64,000 nt of DNA, taken from NCBI GenBank assembly GCA_001823545.1, contig MHUV01000003.1:6718-70717 (forward strand), written 5' to 3'. This DNA comes from Candidatus Yonathbacteria bacterium RIFCSPLOWO2_01_FULL_43_27 (GTDB lineage: Bacteria > Patescibacteriota > Minisyncoccia > Phycocordibacterales > UBA1550). Both the position numbers and the translations under genes were made by a program. A model generated the notes under the pieces. It was not told where the DNA came from. It saw only the letters and a list, made by a program, of their open reading frames with translations, and did no database searches. Shown one piece after another: positions 9,889 to 18,502 of the stretch (positions are counted from its first letter, which is position 1; the number at the start of each line of letters is the position of its first letter).

Positions 9889-10340
9889 CGGTGAAGTCTC
9901 GGTCAAGCGCTCGCTCGTCGCCTTATTTGCGGTAAATGAATCGGTCACAGATATTTTGTTCGCCCCTCGGTGAAGTCTCGGCCAAGAACATTTTTCCTCG
10001 TCGTCACTCGAAAAATTTCTCGGCCCTGCTCGGATGACCCATTCTACTGAATGGGTGCCCATCCTCGCTTTCGATTCCTTCACCTACCACGCAAACAATC
10101 GTCGCTCAATGCTCTGCATTGTTCTCCTTGTTTGCGGTAAATGAATCGGTCACAGATATTTTGTTCGTCGTCACTCATAAGATTCCGCGGTCACAGGTAT
10201 TTTTCTGCTGAAAAATCCCGCGACCCCTCCTCGCGCCGTCGCGCTCCGGCCTTGCGAAAGCTCCAAGTATTCGCTTTCTCACCCGGCTCGTGGTCTCGCG
10301 TGTTCGCTCGACAACACTCCGCCCTTCGATTCCTTCACCG
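9889..10340 (-). repeat. Tandem structured units downstream of tRNA-Trp, bounded by tRNA-Trp-derived termini
   Basis: TTCGATTCCTTCACC at 10070 and 10325 (inverted relative to the tRNA gene); 37-bp direct repeat 9926-9962/10131-10167; CGGTGAAGTCTCGG at 9889 and 9968. Confidence 0.8.
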
Positions 10341-10377
10341 TCGTAAAGCGTTGCTTTACGATACCCCTCGTTCACTG

Positions 10378-10448
10378 CGGGCGGTGAAGGAATCGAACCC
10401 TCGACATCGGTTTTGGAGACCGAAGTTATACCATTTAACTAACCGCCC
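10378..10448 (-). tRNA. trnW: tRNA-Trp(CCA), CCA end not encoded
   Basis: GGGCGGT/ACCGCCC acceptor, TCGGT-CTCCAAA-ACCGA anticodon arm, GAGGG-TTCGATT-CCTTC T arm, G discriminator. Confidence 0.96.
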
Positions 10449-10541
10449 TATCTTCGCGAGTATAGCAAAGTTTAGATGAAAAATGAAGGTGTGGACGACT
10501 ATACAAAAAAATACCCCTTGCGGAGTATTTTTTACGGAGTA

Positions 10542-10700
10542 TTATTTCTTTACTTCTTTGTGCACGGTGTGCTTCTTGCACCACTTGCAAAACTTTTCAA
10601 GTTCTATCTTTCTGGTGACGAGCTTCTTGTTTTTGCGTGACCAGTAGTTGACGCGCTTACAATTTTTACAGCCAAGTTTAATAAGTTGATCTTGTGACAT
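10542..10700 (-). CDS. rpmG: 50S ribosomal protein L33 (Zn-binding form; below ORF-track size cut-off)
   Basis: Manual translation MSQDQLIKLGCKNCKRVNYWSRKNKKLVTRKIELEKFCKWCKKHTVHKEVKK. Confidence 0.95.
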   Translation of the reverse strand: MSQDQLIKLGCKNCKRVNYWSRKNKKLVTRKIELEKFCKWCKKHTVHKEVKK

Positions 10701-10721
10701 AAATTTAAAATATATACCAGA

Positions 10722-11120
10722 TTATACTGTTGCTTCTGTTGCTTCTTCTTTTGATTCTGTCGCAGTTTCAGCTACTACAGATTCTACGGTTGCTTCGTTT
10801 GCTACAGGTGCAGGTGTCGCCTCTACTGCAGGAGCTTCCTTGATTATAGGAGTCTTCTTGCCGAGTACGTTAATTTTCTTTCCTGTTACTGCTTTGAGAT
10901 CAAGGAGAATGTTGTGAACAGTTCCTGAGGCAATCGCACCTTTTGAAATCCAGTGCTTTGCGCGCTCAACGTTGATTACGGGCTTTCCCTTGCGAGCGTC
11001 ATACATACCAAGGATTTCGAGGAAATTCCCTGTCTTTGGTTTTAATTTTGAGTCAGCGACGATAACACGAAATGATGGATCATTCTTTCGTCCGACGCGT
11101 TGTAATCTGATTGATAACAT
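10722..11120 (-). CDS. rpsP: 30S ribosomal protein S16 with Ala/Glu/Thr-rich tail
   Basis: MLSIRLQRVGRKNDPSFRVIVADS...LEILGMYD. Confidence 0.95.
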   Translation of the reverse strand: MLSIRLQRVGRKNDPSFRVIVADSKLKPKTGNFLEILGMYDARKGKPVINVERAKHWISKGAIASGTVHNILLDLKAVTGKKINVLGKKTPIIKEAPAVEATPAPVANEATVESVVAETATESKEEATEATV

Positions 11121-11197
11121 AAAAACCATCCTATCAGAAAGCAGTGAAATGGTCAAGCGCCACTGGAAATATTACATTTTTTGAGCATCCAGCGCCC

Positions 11198-12058
11198 TTA
11201 TAAAGGACACACTTTCCCTATTTCTTGTATCACTTTTTCGATCCTTTCTTCGGGGAAACCGAGGGTACGGAGAGGGGTGTCGTTATCCCTAATAGAGCGA
11301 CACATTACGATTCCTTGTTCTAGAAGGTCTGTTTTTTCTTGTGCGGTAAGAGTAGAAAGGAAGGTTAAAGGATGTACCCCCGTTTCAATAATAAGATCCT
11401 GTAAGTTGCCCTGTTCCGGATAGTCCCAACCAATAACGGTGAGTCCTGTGCACTGCGCATAGGCAATTGCATCGCTCGTCAGTTTTGTGTTAGTAATTAA
11501 CCATCCCTCGTGTATCTTTGGTTCGTCACCATCTTTTACATCGTGACCTTTTTGAAGATCAAGAAAACGTGCATAGACATAGAGGGCAATCTTTACGTCA
11601 CTCTTGATCCCCTGCTGATTATGAAATTTACATTCTGCAAAGACATGACGTTCATCTTTTTCCATCAGAATATCAACCTCGTGTGACACACAAAAACCAG
11701 AGAGGACGACTCCGGTTTGTGTGTGGAACCCTTTTTTCTTGAGGACTTCAGCAACAAATTTTTCAAAAGGAAAGCCACTCGGGCCAAGATCCATTACGGC
11801 TTTACGAAGCGAGTAACGTACCGCTACAGGAAACGTCTTCTTTTCAAGAATATCAAACGCGTGTTTATATATTGCAGATGTCGTCATCCCATTTTTAAGT
11901 TCAGGAGTGATGTGATCCACGACCATTTGAATAGTTTCTTCGTCTGCTCCAGATCTTACAAGCGAACGCCTCAATTTCTTAACTGAAAAAGGTTCGCGCT
12001 CTCCGGAGTTTTTAATAACCCATGCAACTTCAGTATTGTTGTGTTCATTGTTTGTCAT
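11198..12058 (-). CDS. ATP-cone plus Mrr-like PD-(D/E)xK nuclease domain protein
   Basis: VIKNSGEREPFSVKKL ATP-cone; GFPFEKFV, HEVDI, ECKFH nuclease motifs. Confidence 0.82.
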   Translation of the reverse strand: MTNNEHNNTEVAWVIKNSGEREPFSVKKLRRSLVRSGADEETIQMVVDHITPELKNGMTTSAIYKHAFDILEKKTFPVAVRYSLRKAVMDLGPSGFPFEKFVAEVLKKKGFHTQTGVVLSGFCVSHEVDILMEKDERHVFAECKFHNQQGIKSDVKIALYVYARFLDLQKGHDVKDGDEPKIHEGWLITNTKLTSDAIAYAQCTGLTVIGWDYPEQGNLQDLIIETGVHPLTFLSTLTAQEKTDLLEQGIVMCRSIRDNDTPLRTLGFPEERIEKVIQEIGKVCPL

Positions 12059-12096
12059 AACGCTTCTATTGTCGCATATTGAAGGAATACTGACAA

Positions 12097-13197
12097 TTAT
12101 TCTTCGACAATTCCACCACCAACACACTCACCCTCGTTATACAACACAATGGATTGCCCTTTGTCTACAATAACCGGCTTGAGGAATTCTATAGTGATTA
12201 TGGAGTCACGATATACGAGACGGCAGGGATACAGTTCTCCGTGGTAGCGTACCTGTGCGGTGTATGATTGCACTGTAGAAGGAATAGTCCCTGCACAGAA
12301 ACTTGTTTGAGAAATAGGCACCGTTGTTCGTTCACACGAGAGTGAGTTTTTTATTCGATGAGCAACGGTGATTGTGTTTGCCTCAAGATCCTTTGAGACA
12401 ACATAATAGGGCACTTCCTCGGTTGTTTTTTGGCTAATTACGAACCCGTGTCGTTCACCAAGGGTATAGAAGTACGCACCACGATGTGTGCCAATAGTTT
12501 CTCCTGCTTCGTTTAGTACCGCACCTTCCTTTTCGGTAATATAATGTGCGAGAAAATCCTTCATATCAAGTTTCCCTACAAAGCAAAGACCCTGACTATC
12601 CTTCTTTTCTGCAACAGGAATATTAAATTTCTTTGCCAGTGTGCGCACGTGTGTTTTTTTGTATTTGCCAATTGGGAAAAAAGTTTTTGATAATTGTTCC
12701 TGCATAAGTGTCCATAAAAAGTATGACTGATCTTTAGCTTCATCTATCCCCGTGAGGAGCTGATAATACGGGTGTGGTGCTTTTTTATTGTATGCCACCC
12801 GCGCATAGTGCCCCGTGGCGACAGCATCAGCACCAAGGGCTTCAGCTCGACGAAAAAATGCACCGAACTTTACTTCCTTGTTGCATAACACATCTGGGTT
12901 TGGGGTACGTCCTGCTTTGTATTCACGAATCATATAATCAGCAACATATTCCTTATATTCTTTTTCAAAATCCCACGTTAAAAGTGGAATACCTAAGTGT
13001 GCAGCAACACGCAACGCATCACGACGTTCTGCCTCCCATGTGCACGGTAAAAAATCCGGTTGCCATACCTTCATAAAGACCCCGACGACGTCATACCCCT
13101 CTTTTTTAAGAAGTGCAGCCGAAACCGAGCTGTCAACGCCTCCCGACATCGCTACAAAGACCCTTTTTTTGTTCTTCATCATAAGCTCTTTTAGCAT
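12097..13197 (-). CDS. mnmA: tRNA 2-thiouridylase (start may be at 13182 or 13179)
   Basis: AMSGGVDSS, PNPDVLCN, ATGHYA, KDQSYFL, DSQGLCF. Confidence 0.96.
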   Translation of the reverse strand: MLKELMMKNKKRVFVAMSGGVDSSVSAALLKKEGYDVVGVFMKVWQPDFLPCTWEAERRDALRVAAHLGIPLLTWDFEKEYKEYVADYMIREYKAGRTPNPDVLCNKEVKFGAFFRRAEALGADAVATGHYARVAYNKKAPHPYYQLLTGIDEAKDQSYFLWTLMQEQLSKTFFPIGKYKKTHVRTLAKKFNIPVAEKKDSQGLCFVGKLDMKDFLAHYITEKEGAVLNEAGETIGTHRGAYFYTLGERHGFVISQKTTEEVPYYVVSKDLEANTITVAHRIKNSLSCERTTVPISQTSFCAGTIPSTVQSYTAQVRYHGELYPCRLVYRDSIITIEFLKPVIVDKGQSIVLYNEGECVGGGIVEE

Positions 13198-13210
13198 ACA
13201 TCATAAGTAT

Positions 13211-13253
13211 TAATAAAGGAACCTCGGGGCAAAGCTCCGAGGTTCCTTTATTA
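13211..13253. terminator. Long hairpin, probable terminator
   Basis: TAATAAAGGAACCTCGG...CCGAGGTTCCTTTATTA, 17-bp perfect arms. Confidence 0.75.
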
Positions 13254-13273
13254 CCGCACATTCAAATTTTGAG

Positions 13274-13801
13274 CTATAGAGAAATTTGAACAATTGAGGC
13301 TATGAATTCAGCTGAGGTACCAATACTTTCCTTACTCATCACCATAACATAATCTCCATTTTTTATGTCGCTAACACCGAGCTTGGTACCAGCTTCTTTC
13401 TTGGCAAGTAACTCTAATTTCAAAATTTTTGTTTCTCCGATTATCTTTATCGTTCTATCTCTCAAGTAGCTGGAAATGAACACCTGATCGTTGCAAGTTC
13501 CCAATGATTCGCTAGAAGGTTGGATCTTTATAAAATCGGCACCAACCTCAACGACCGTACCGCTGATTTCATTGGAATTTTGTACCCTACTTTTTAAATC
13601 TGCTTCCTCTTGTGCAATATCCTTTGGGTCACGACTTCCGTTTTGGTTAGTATTTGACTGGATTTCTCCTGTATTGGTACTCAATTCTTGACCAATCATA
13701 TTTCGCACATAATATCTTGTGGCAAAAAAACTTGTAGCAGAAGCAGCAACAACGACTACGATGAGATTTAGTGCTTGGTAGAAAACTTTTCTGTTATCCA
13801 T
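13274..13801 (-). CDS. Hypothetical membrane-anchored protein (DUF5666-like beta domain)
   Basis: Single N-terminal TM; SGTVVEVG and SDIKNGDYVMV motifs. Confidence 0.6.
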   Translation of the reverse strand: MDNRKVFYQALNLIVVVVAASATSFFATRYYVRNMIGQELSTNTGEIQSNTNQNGSRDPKDIAQEEADLKSRVQNSNEISGTVVEVGADFIKIQPSSESLGTCNDQVFISSYLRDRTIKIIGETKILKLELLAKKEAGTKLGVSDIKNGDYVMVMSKESIGTSAEFIASIVQISL

Positions 13802-13825
13802 GATGATGGTAAATATTTATGTTAA

Positions 13826-14791
13826 TTAAAAATTTGTGTCTACTGAAGTCCAATTTTCAGGAAAACTTCCGAAGCTTAAAACTACATTGTTTCTCACTTG
13901 ATATTTAGTATTACTTGTATCTGTTTCTTCTAAGCAATACATTCGTGTAGTGGGTCCGGTGCATGTACTGTTCGTATAGACTAACGCTGTTCTATTACCG
14001 CTGGATGTACAATTTATATTTGTAAAATCAGCTTCTGTATGAATAGTTCCTGTGGTGTAATTCCTATAGGTGGGAATACAGACATTGGCTCCAGTGTTCC
14101 AGTCCTGTTGCAGGGTGTATAAGTTAATACTTGAAGGCATTCCTGAGCCATAATTGTCGCGACAATTTAACATAAAAACCCAAGAAGCTCTCTCAAAAAA
14201 ATTACATGTTACGGAATAATTAACAGGAGCATTTACCCAACCAAAACTCTTTTTATTAATAGAGGCATTGAGATATCCACCAGAAGTACCCCATACATTA
14301 CTCGTGACGGTGCCAGTTTTTGTGCAAAACTTGGTTTGGTTCCTTGCAAGAGTCACCGTACTGCCATCAGCAGCACACGTTGCTACACATTTATCAGCAT
14401 TGCAAGTAATAAGTCCTGTGCCACTGCTGCTAGAAGTCACAGAAGTATACAGTGCTCTCCATTCTGTGCCATTACAAATTTCTACGTTATTAATTGCAGA
14501 GTTGTAATGTATTGATCCCGTGTTTGTCGCCGTGCAGGGAGTGGGTATCGAATCATTACCTATTCTGATACTTCCTCCAAAGACCGCGCTGTTGATAACA
14601 TTTAACGCCCCAACAGTCAGATTGCCGACTTTAGTTTGTGCTAGTGATGAGGTATTAATTGGACTGGTAACACCAGGGACTGGATTAGGAGGTGTAACGG
14701 TTGGTGGAGTCCATGCATATGCTACGCCACACAAAAGTGCTGTTACTAAAAATACAACTAATGTCTTTAATGATGTGCTGATTGTGTTCAT
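13826..14791 (-). CDS. Secreted fibre/adhesin-like surface protein with Cys-rich C-terminus
   Basis: Signal peptide; AWTPPTVTPP...PINTSSLAQTKVGNL motif typical of CPR surface proteins; CTATNTGSIHYN..VEICNGTEW motif. Confidence 0.65.
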   Translation of the reverse strand: MNTISTSLKTLVVFLVTALLCGVAYAWTPPTVTPPNPVPGVTSPINTSSLAQTKVGNLTVGALNVINSAVFGGSIRIGNDSIPTPCTATNTGSIHYNSAINNVEICNGTEWRALYTSVTSSSSGTGLITCNADKCVATCAADGSTVTLARNQTKFCTKTGTVTSNVWGTSGGYLNASINKKSFGWVNAPVNYSVTCNFFERASWVFMLNCRDNYGSGMPSSINLYTLQQDWNTGANVCIPTYRNYTTGTIHTEADFTNINCTSSGNRTALVYTNSTCTGPTTRMYCLEETDTSNTKYQVRNNVVLSFGSFPENWTSVDTNF

Positions 14792-14899
14792 TAATTTAAT
14801 AAATTATTAATAAGTGAGAACGTGTTTCAAATACATGCATATATAATACACTCTTCATGTTAGATATACAACAAAAATATCGTCTAATTTTTAATTATA

Positions 14900-15949
14900 T
14901 TATTTTATATATTTTGTTTTGTTAACCTTATGTTCATCGAACGTGCGCGCGTAGTGTAGTATTCCTTTTTCGTCCGAAAGGTAGTAGAGGTAAGGAGATT
15001 CTTTTGGTTTGATAGCAGCACGAATGGTGGAGATGCCAGGATTGCCGATAGGACCAGCGGGAAGTCCTTTATTTTTGTAGGTATTATACGCAGACTTCAT
15101 TGCAAGGTCTGTTTGAGTAAGCTCACTCGATGTTTTACCAAGTAAATAATAAAACGGAGCATCTACCTGAAGGGGGATCCCTTTTTCAATACGTTTCCAA
15201 AGAATTCCTGAAACAAGCGCTTGATCTTCTTCTGTTTTGGCCTCCTTTTCAATAATCGACGCCATAATAATAATTTCACGCTCAGTATGTCCTGAAGCTT
15301 CGATAAAAGGTGTCCACGGCTCAATTTTTTTCTTAAATTCAGTACTCATTACGCGTATGACTTCATCAGTGTTGGCGCTTGCATTAAAGAAATAGGTATC
15401 TGGAAATAAAAATCCTTCTTGTGTACGTGCACGGTCGGTAAAAAAGCGGGCGTCGAACTTTGAAAGGAGTGGTGAGAGAGTATCAGCAATACTTTGATTT
15501 GATGTTCCTTCAGGGATAGTGACTTTCACCATAGGAATACCTGAAACACCACGTACGATACGCATTGAAATACTGCATGCCCCTACAGGTTTTTTGAAAA
15601 CATAATCCCCCGCCATAATATGTTTATCGCCTCCTAATACTGTCATACATACTTTAAACATAAAGCCTGAGCGAATAATATTCTTTTCTTCAAACGAGAG
15701 CGCTACACTACCTAATGGCGAACCTTTTTCTACTGTAATAGTTTCATTTGAAGGAAACTGTCGTGGTGGAACTAAAAGATAAGCAAAAAAAGAAACGAGT
15801 AACACAAAAATAATTATTAGTACAAATAATATTTTTGAAGACCGTGTTGAGAGTCCGAGGCTCCCCGCAATCATTGAAAAAGGAATTTTTTTGAAAAAAT
15901 TTGTATTTTGTGGCGTTTGTGGTGGGTGTTCCGGTAGTATTTGATCCAT
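14900..15949 (-). CDS. mltG: Endolytic transglycosylase MltG
   Basis: VTIPEG, EGFLFPDTY, ASIIEKE, LQVDA, YNTYKNKGLPAGPIGNPG. Confidence 0.95.
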   Translation of the reverse strand: MDQILPEHPPQTPQNTNFFKKIPFSMIAGSLGLSTRSSKILFVLIIIFVLLVSFFAYLLVPPRQFPSNETITVEKGSPLGSVALSFEEKNIIRSGFMFKVCMTVLGGDKHIMAGDYVFKKPVGACSISMRIVRGVSGIPMVKVTIPEGTSNQSIADTLSPLLSKFDARFFTDRARTQEGFLFPDTYFFNASANTDEVIRVMSTEFKKKIEPWTPFIEASGHTEREIIIMASIIEKEAKTEEDQALVSGILWKRIEKGIPLQVDAPFYYLLGKTSSELTQTDLAMKSAYNTYKNKGLPAGPIGNPGISTIRAAIKPKESPYLYYLSDEKGILHYARTFDEHKVNKTKYIK

Positions 15950-15965
15950 GGTGAATGCGTTTTTG

Positions 15966-17249
15966 TTATATTGGTAAGTTTACCGGTGCCTCGCTCTTGT
16001 GTGAAGGAATGCGACCGAATGTTGGTGTCTGAGAAACACCTCCTGGGAAATGGAAGATCGTTGCAAGTTCCTCAGTAGTGAGCGTGAATGGCTTCAATTT
16101 GCGTGGTAAATAAAACCATGAGCGGTGCTTATACGCATCAAACTGAATCTTCCTTTTTTCTGAAATGCGTTTATTTTTACTAAAGTAAAATTTGGGGAAG
16201 AATATATAATCTTCAAATGTTACATATGACTGCCATGGGTAGTCAAAACCAGCAGTCTGGTTGAGGAGGCCGAAACCGTTAAGGTTACTTGAAGAAAATG
16301 CACCCCACAACACACCGAGCGCTCTACTGTGAACACCTATATTAAAATTTTCTTTTTTCGCAAGATACATTGCGCGCACTCCGCAATCAAAACCGGTTTT
16401 CCCAACGCTTCGCTCAATGGCTGCTATGGTATCCAGCTCCCCTCTTGTTTTCAAAAGCATTTTGAATCCAACATCTTCCCCTTCTTTCTTCTCCCCTTCT
16501 TTGAGCTTTGCGATGATGTCCTTTGCTTCATCTTTCCAATCACCCAAGCTGCCATCCTTCTTTTTGTATCTTTTTTCTGCTGCGCGTACAAGAATCTGAA
16601 TCCAAATCTGCTCACCTTTTCCTATTGAGCCAAGGTATTCTATTATTGAAGTAATAGGGTCAATTTTGTATTCTTCTTTAATACCTTCTTTGTCGAGCCC
16701 GTAGTCAACATAGGTTTTAATGGGGTACGGGTCGGCCTTTACGAGCTTATAGTCACGACCAACAACATCCCACGCACTACCTTCGCCATGATAATCAACA
16801 TAGCGTGTATAGTCAGGAACTTCGTAGATTTCAATGTCTGGATATTGCGCGTAAAGCTGTGCCTCAATAATGTTTTTATACGTGGCAGCAGAACGAATAA
16901 AAAACTTAACGTTCCCTTCGAGAGAAACTATTTCTAGAGAAAACCAATCTCGTACCCTGCCCTTAGTATACCAATCCCACCAATTGCCTTTTCCTGTTTG
17001 ATTGAGTGCGTTCAACATTATCTCCATCGCAAGAGGAGATTTATTTACTTCTTTTGGAACTTTAATTTCAAGCAAGACCCATTTTATTTTTGAGCGCCAC
17101 TGTGCTTGAATATAATGCACCCATGATTTCCATAGAACGTACGCAAAAACAACAGGTCCCCAGTACGGAAACCACTGAAGAATTATGATGAGATATATCG
17201 CTAGGTTACTAAAAAGTTTGCTGAATCCGAGTGTTTGAATAACATTCAT
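15966..17249 (-). CDS. Conserved CPR-type membrane protein of unknown function
   Basis: LLEIKVPKE..KSPLAME, FSLEIVS, YAQYPDIEI, EELATIFHFP motifs. Confidence 0.7.
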   Translation of the reverse strand: MNVIQTLGFSKLFSNLAIYLIIILQWFPYWGPVVFAYVLWKSWVHYIQAQWRSKIKWVLLEIKVPKEVNKSPLAMEIMLNALNQTGKGNWWDWYTKGRVRDWFSLEIVSLEGNVKFFIRSAATYKNIIEAQLYAQYPDIEIYEVPDYTRYVDYHGEGSAWDVVGRDYKLVKADPYPIKTYVDYGLDKEGIKEEYKIDPITSIIEYLGSIGKGEQIWIQILVRAAEKRYKKKDGSLGDWKDEAKDIIAKLKEGEKKEGEDVGFKMLLKTRGELDTIAAIERSVGKTGFDCGVRAMYLAKKENFNIGVHSRALGVLWGAFSSSNLNGFGLLNQTAGFDYPWQSYVTFEDYIFFPKFYFSKNKRISEKRKIQFDAYKHRSWFYLPRKLKPFTLTTEELATIFHFPGGVSQTPTFGRIPSHKSEAPVNLPI

Positions 17250-17291
17250 ACACTACATCATACAATAAAGTATGAAAAGTAAAAAGAGCGG

Positions 17292-17340
17292 TTCCATATT
17301 AAAAAACCTCGCCATGGTGGCGAGGTTTTTTAATATGGAA
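17292..17340. terminator. Long perfect hairpin, probable terminator
   Basis: 23-bp arms TTCCATATTAAAAAACCTCGCCA with 3-nt loop, directly after the stop at 17343. Confidence 0.8.
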
Positions 17341-17342
17341 TG

Positions 17343-18371
17343 TTATGCAAGTATATACTTCCCTTCTTTTGTTTTTTTGAAAATCTTTGGATCTTGCAGG
17401 TTTACAAAGACAGTGTTTTCTTTGACATAACGCTCTTTGAGCACACGATCTATGATGTCCTTTTTCGAAAGTGGGCCTTCTTTTTTGAGAATTTTAGCAA
17501 TGACATCTTTAACGATTCCCTGCTCGTATCCCCACGAAGAGAGTGCGTATAGTCCGCGTCCAACGAGAATAAAACGAGGGTCTTTAATAAGTTCGTTGTG
17601 GCAAGTAGCAATATGAGCTTTTTTATCAAAAACTTGAGAAATTGATTTAGCAACTTCTGTGAAGTGCATTGGTGAGCCATGCTTACGAAGCACCAAATAT
17701 GCGTAGTCGCGCATACCACGTGCACTTACATTGTGTGATTCCGACCTCCCCCATTCGCCAAGCGGATTCTTTGAAATGGTTTTTGAGAGTGAGAGCCAAC
17801 GCTTGGTAATCTCTTCGTTCTTGTATGTATCTGATACGTCTTTGAGATGATTGAGGAACATCGCGATAAGTTCATTTTCGGGAATAAGTTCGTCTTGCGA
17901 AAGTGACTCATAGAGCGTGCGAAGTGCATCATGCACCTTCATTGAAATTTTGTCATCAACAATCCATCGATGATGAAAATGTTCATTCTCTTTTTCTCGA
18001 GCAAATTCATCGCCAAGTACCAAGAGGAAGTAGAGATGGTTTTGTGTGCTAGGATCTTTGGAAATATGCATCAAAAAATCTTCCTCACACACTACGCCAC
18101 CCATAGAAACAACAAGGTTGTGGAGCTCCGTAAAAACCCCTGCCTCTTTCTTGAAGATGTCAGATTTTTTTATGGTCGCAAGTGCAAAATTTTCTATCTG
18201 ACGCACACGCTCGCGGGTGATGTGATAAATATCGCCGATTGCTTCAAGAGTCATTCGGTCGGTATTATCTCCTAGTCCATAACGCTTGATAATGACATCT
18301 AGGTTGCGTGGAGGTAGTGTAGCGATAAGCCTTTTTACTACTTGCTTTGGCTTAAAAGTAATTGCGGACAT
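17343..18371 (-). CDS. Sigma70 region-4 HTH plus HARE-HTH (RNAP delta-like) domain protein
   Basis: RYGL..MTLEAIGDIYHITRERVRQIE; PMHFTEVA...HNELIKDPRFILVGRGLYAL. Confidence 0.82.
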   Translation of the reverse strand: MSAITFKPKQVVKRLIATLPPRNLDVIIKRYGLGDNTDRMTLEAIGDIYHITRERVRQIENFALATIKKSDIFKKEAGVFTELHNLVVSMGGVVCEEDFLMHISKDPSTQNHLYFLLVLGDEFAREKENEHFHHRWIVDDKISMKVHDALRTLYESLSQDELIPENELIAMFLNHLKDVSDTYKNEEITKRWLSLSKTISKNPLGEWGRSESHNVSARGMRDYAYLVLRKHGSPMHFTEVAKSISQVFDKKAHIATCHNELIKDPRFILVGRGLYALSSWGYEQGIVKDVIAKILKKEGPLSKKDIIDRVLKERYVKENTVFVNLQDPKIFKKTKEGKYILA

Positions 18372-18502
18372 AGGTTATTGGTTAAATTACAATGATTAAA
18401 TGTTATGTTTACTATTGGTACTTTTTATCACTAAAGGAGCATAAAGTCAAGAGGTGGGTTTACAAGCACTGAGGTTGAGTTTACGCTTATTGGTTTCTAT
18501 CG

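Noticed and set aside
9889-10340. Possible CRISPR array or prophage att site
   Set aside because: There are only two or three irregular repeats, no constant spacer length and no cas or integrase gene. The best tRNA-matching copies are inverted rather than direct.
9877-10479. ORFs 9877-10083, 10141-10479 and 10175-10375
   Set aside because: They overlap tRNA-Trp and the structured repeat units, have no protein motifs and are better explained as non-coding.
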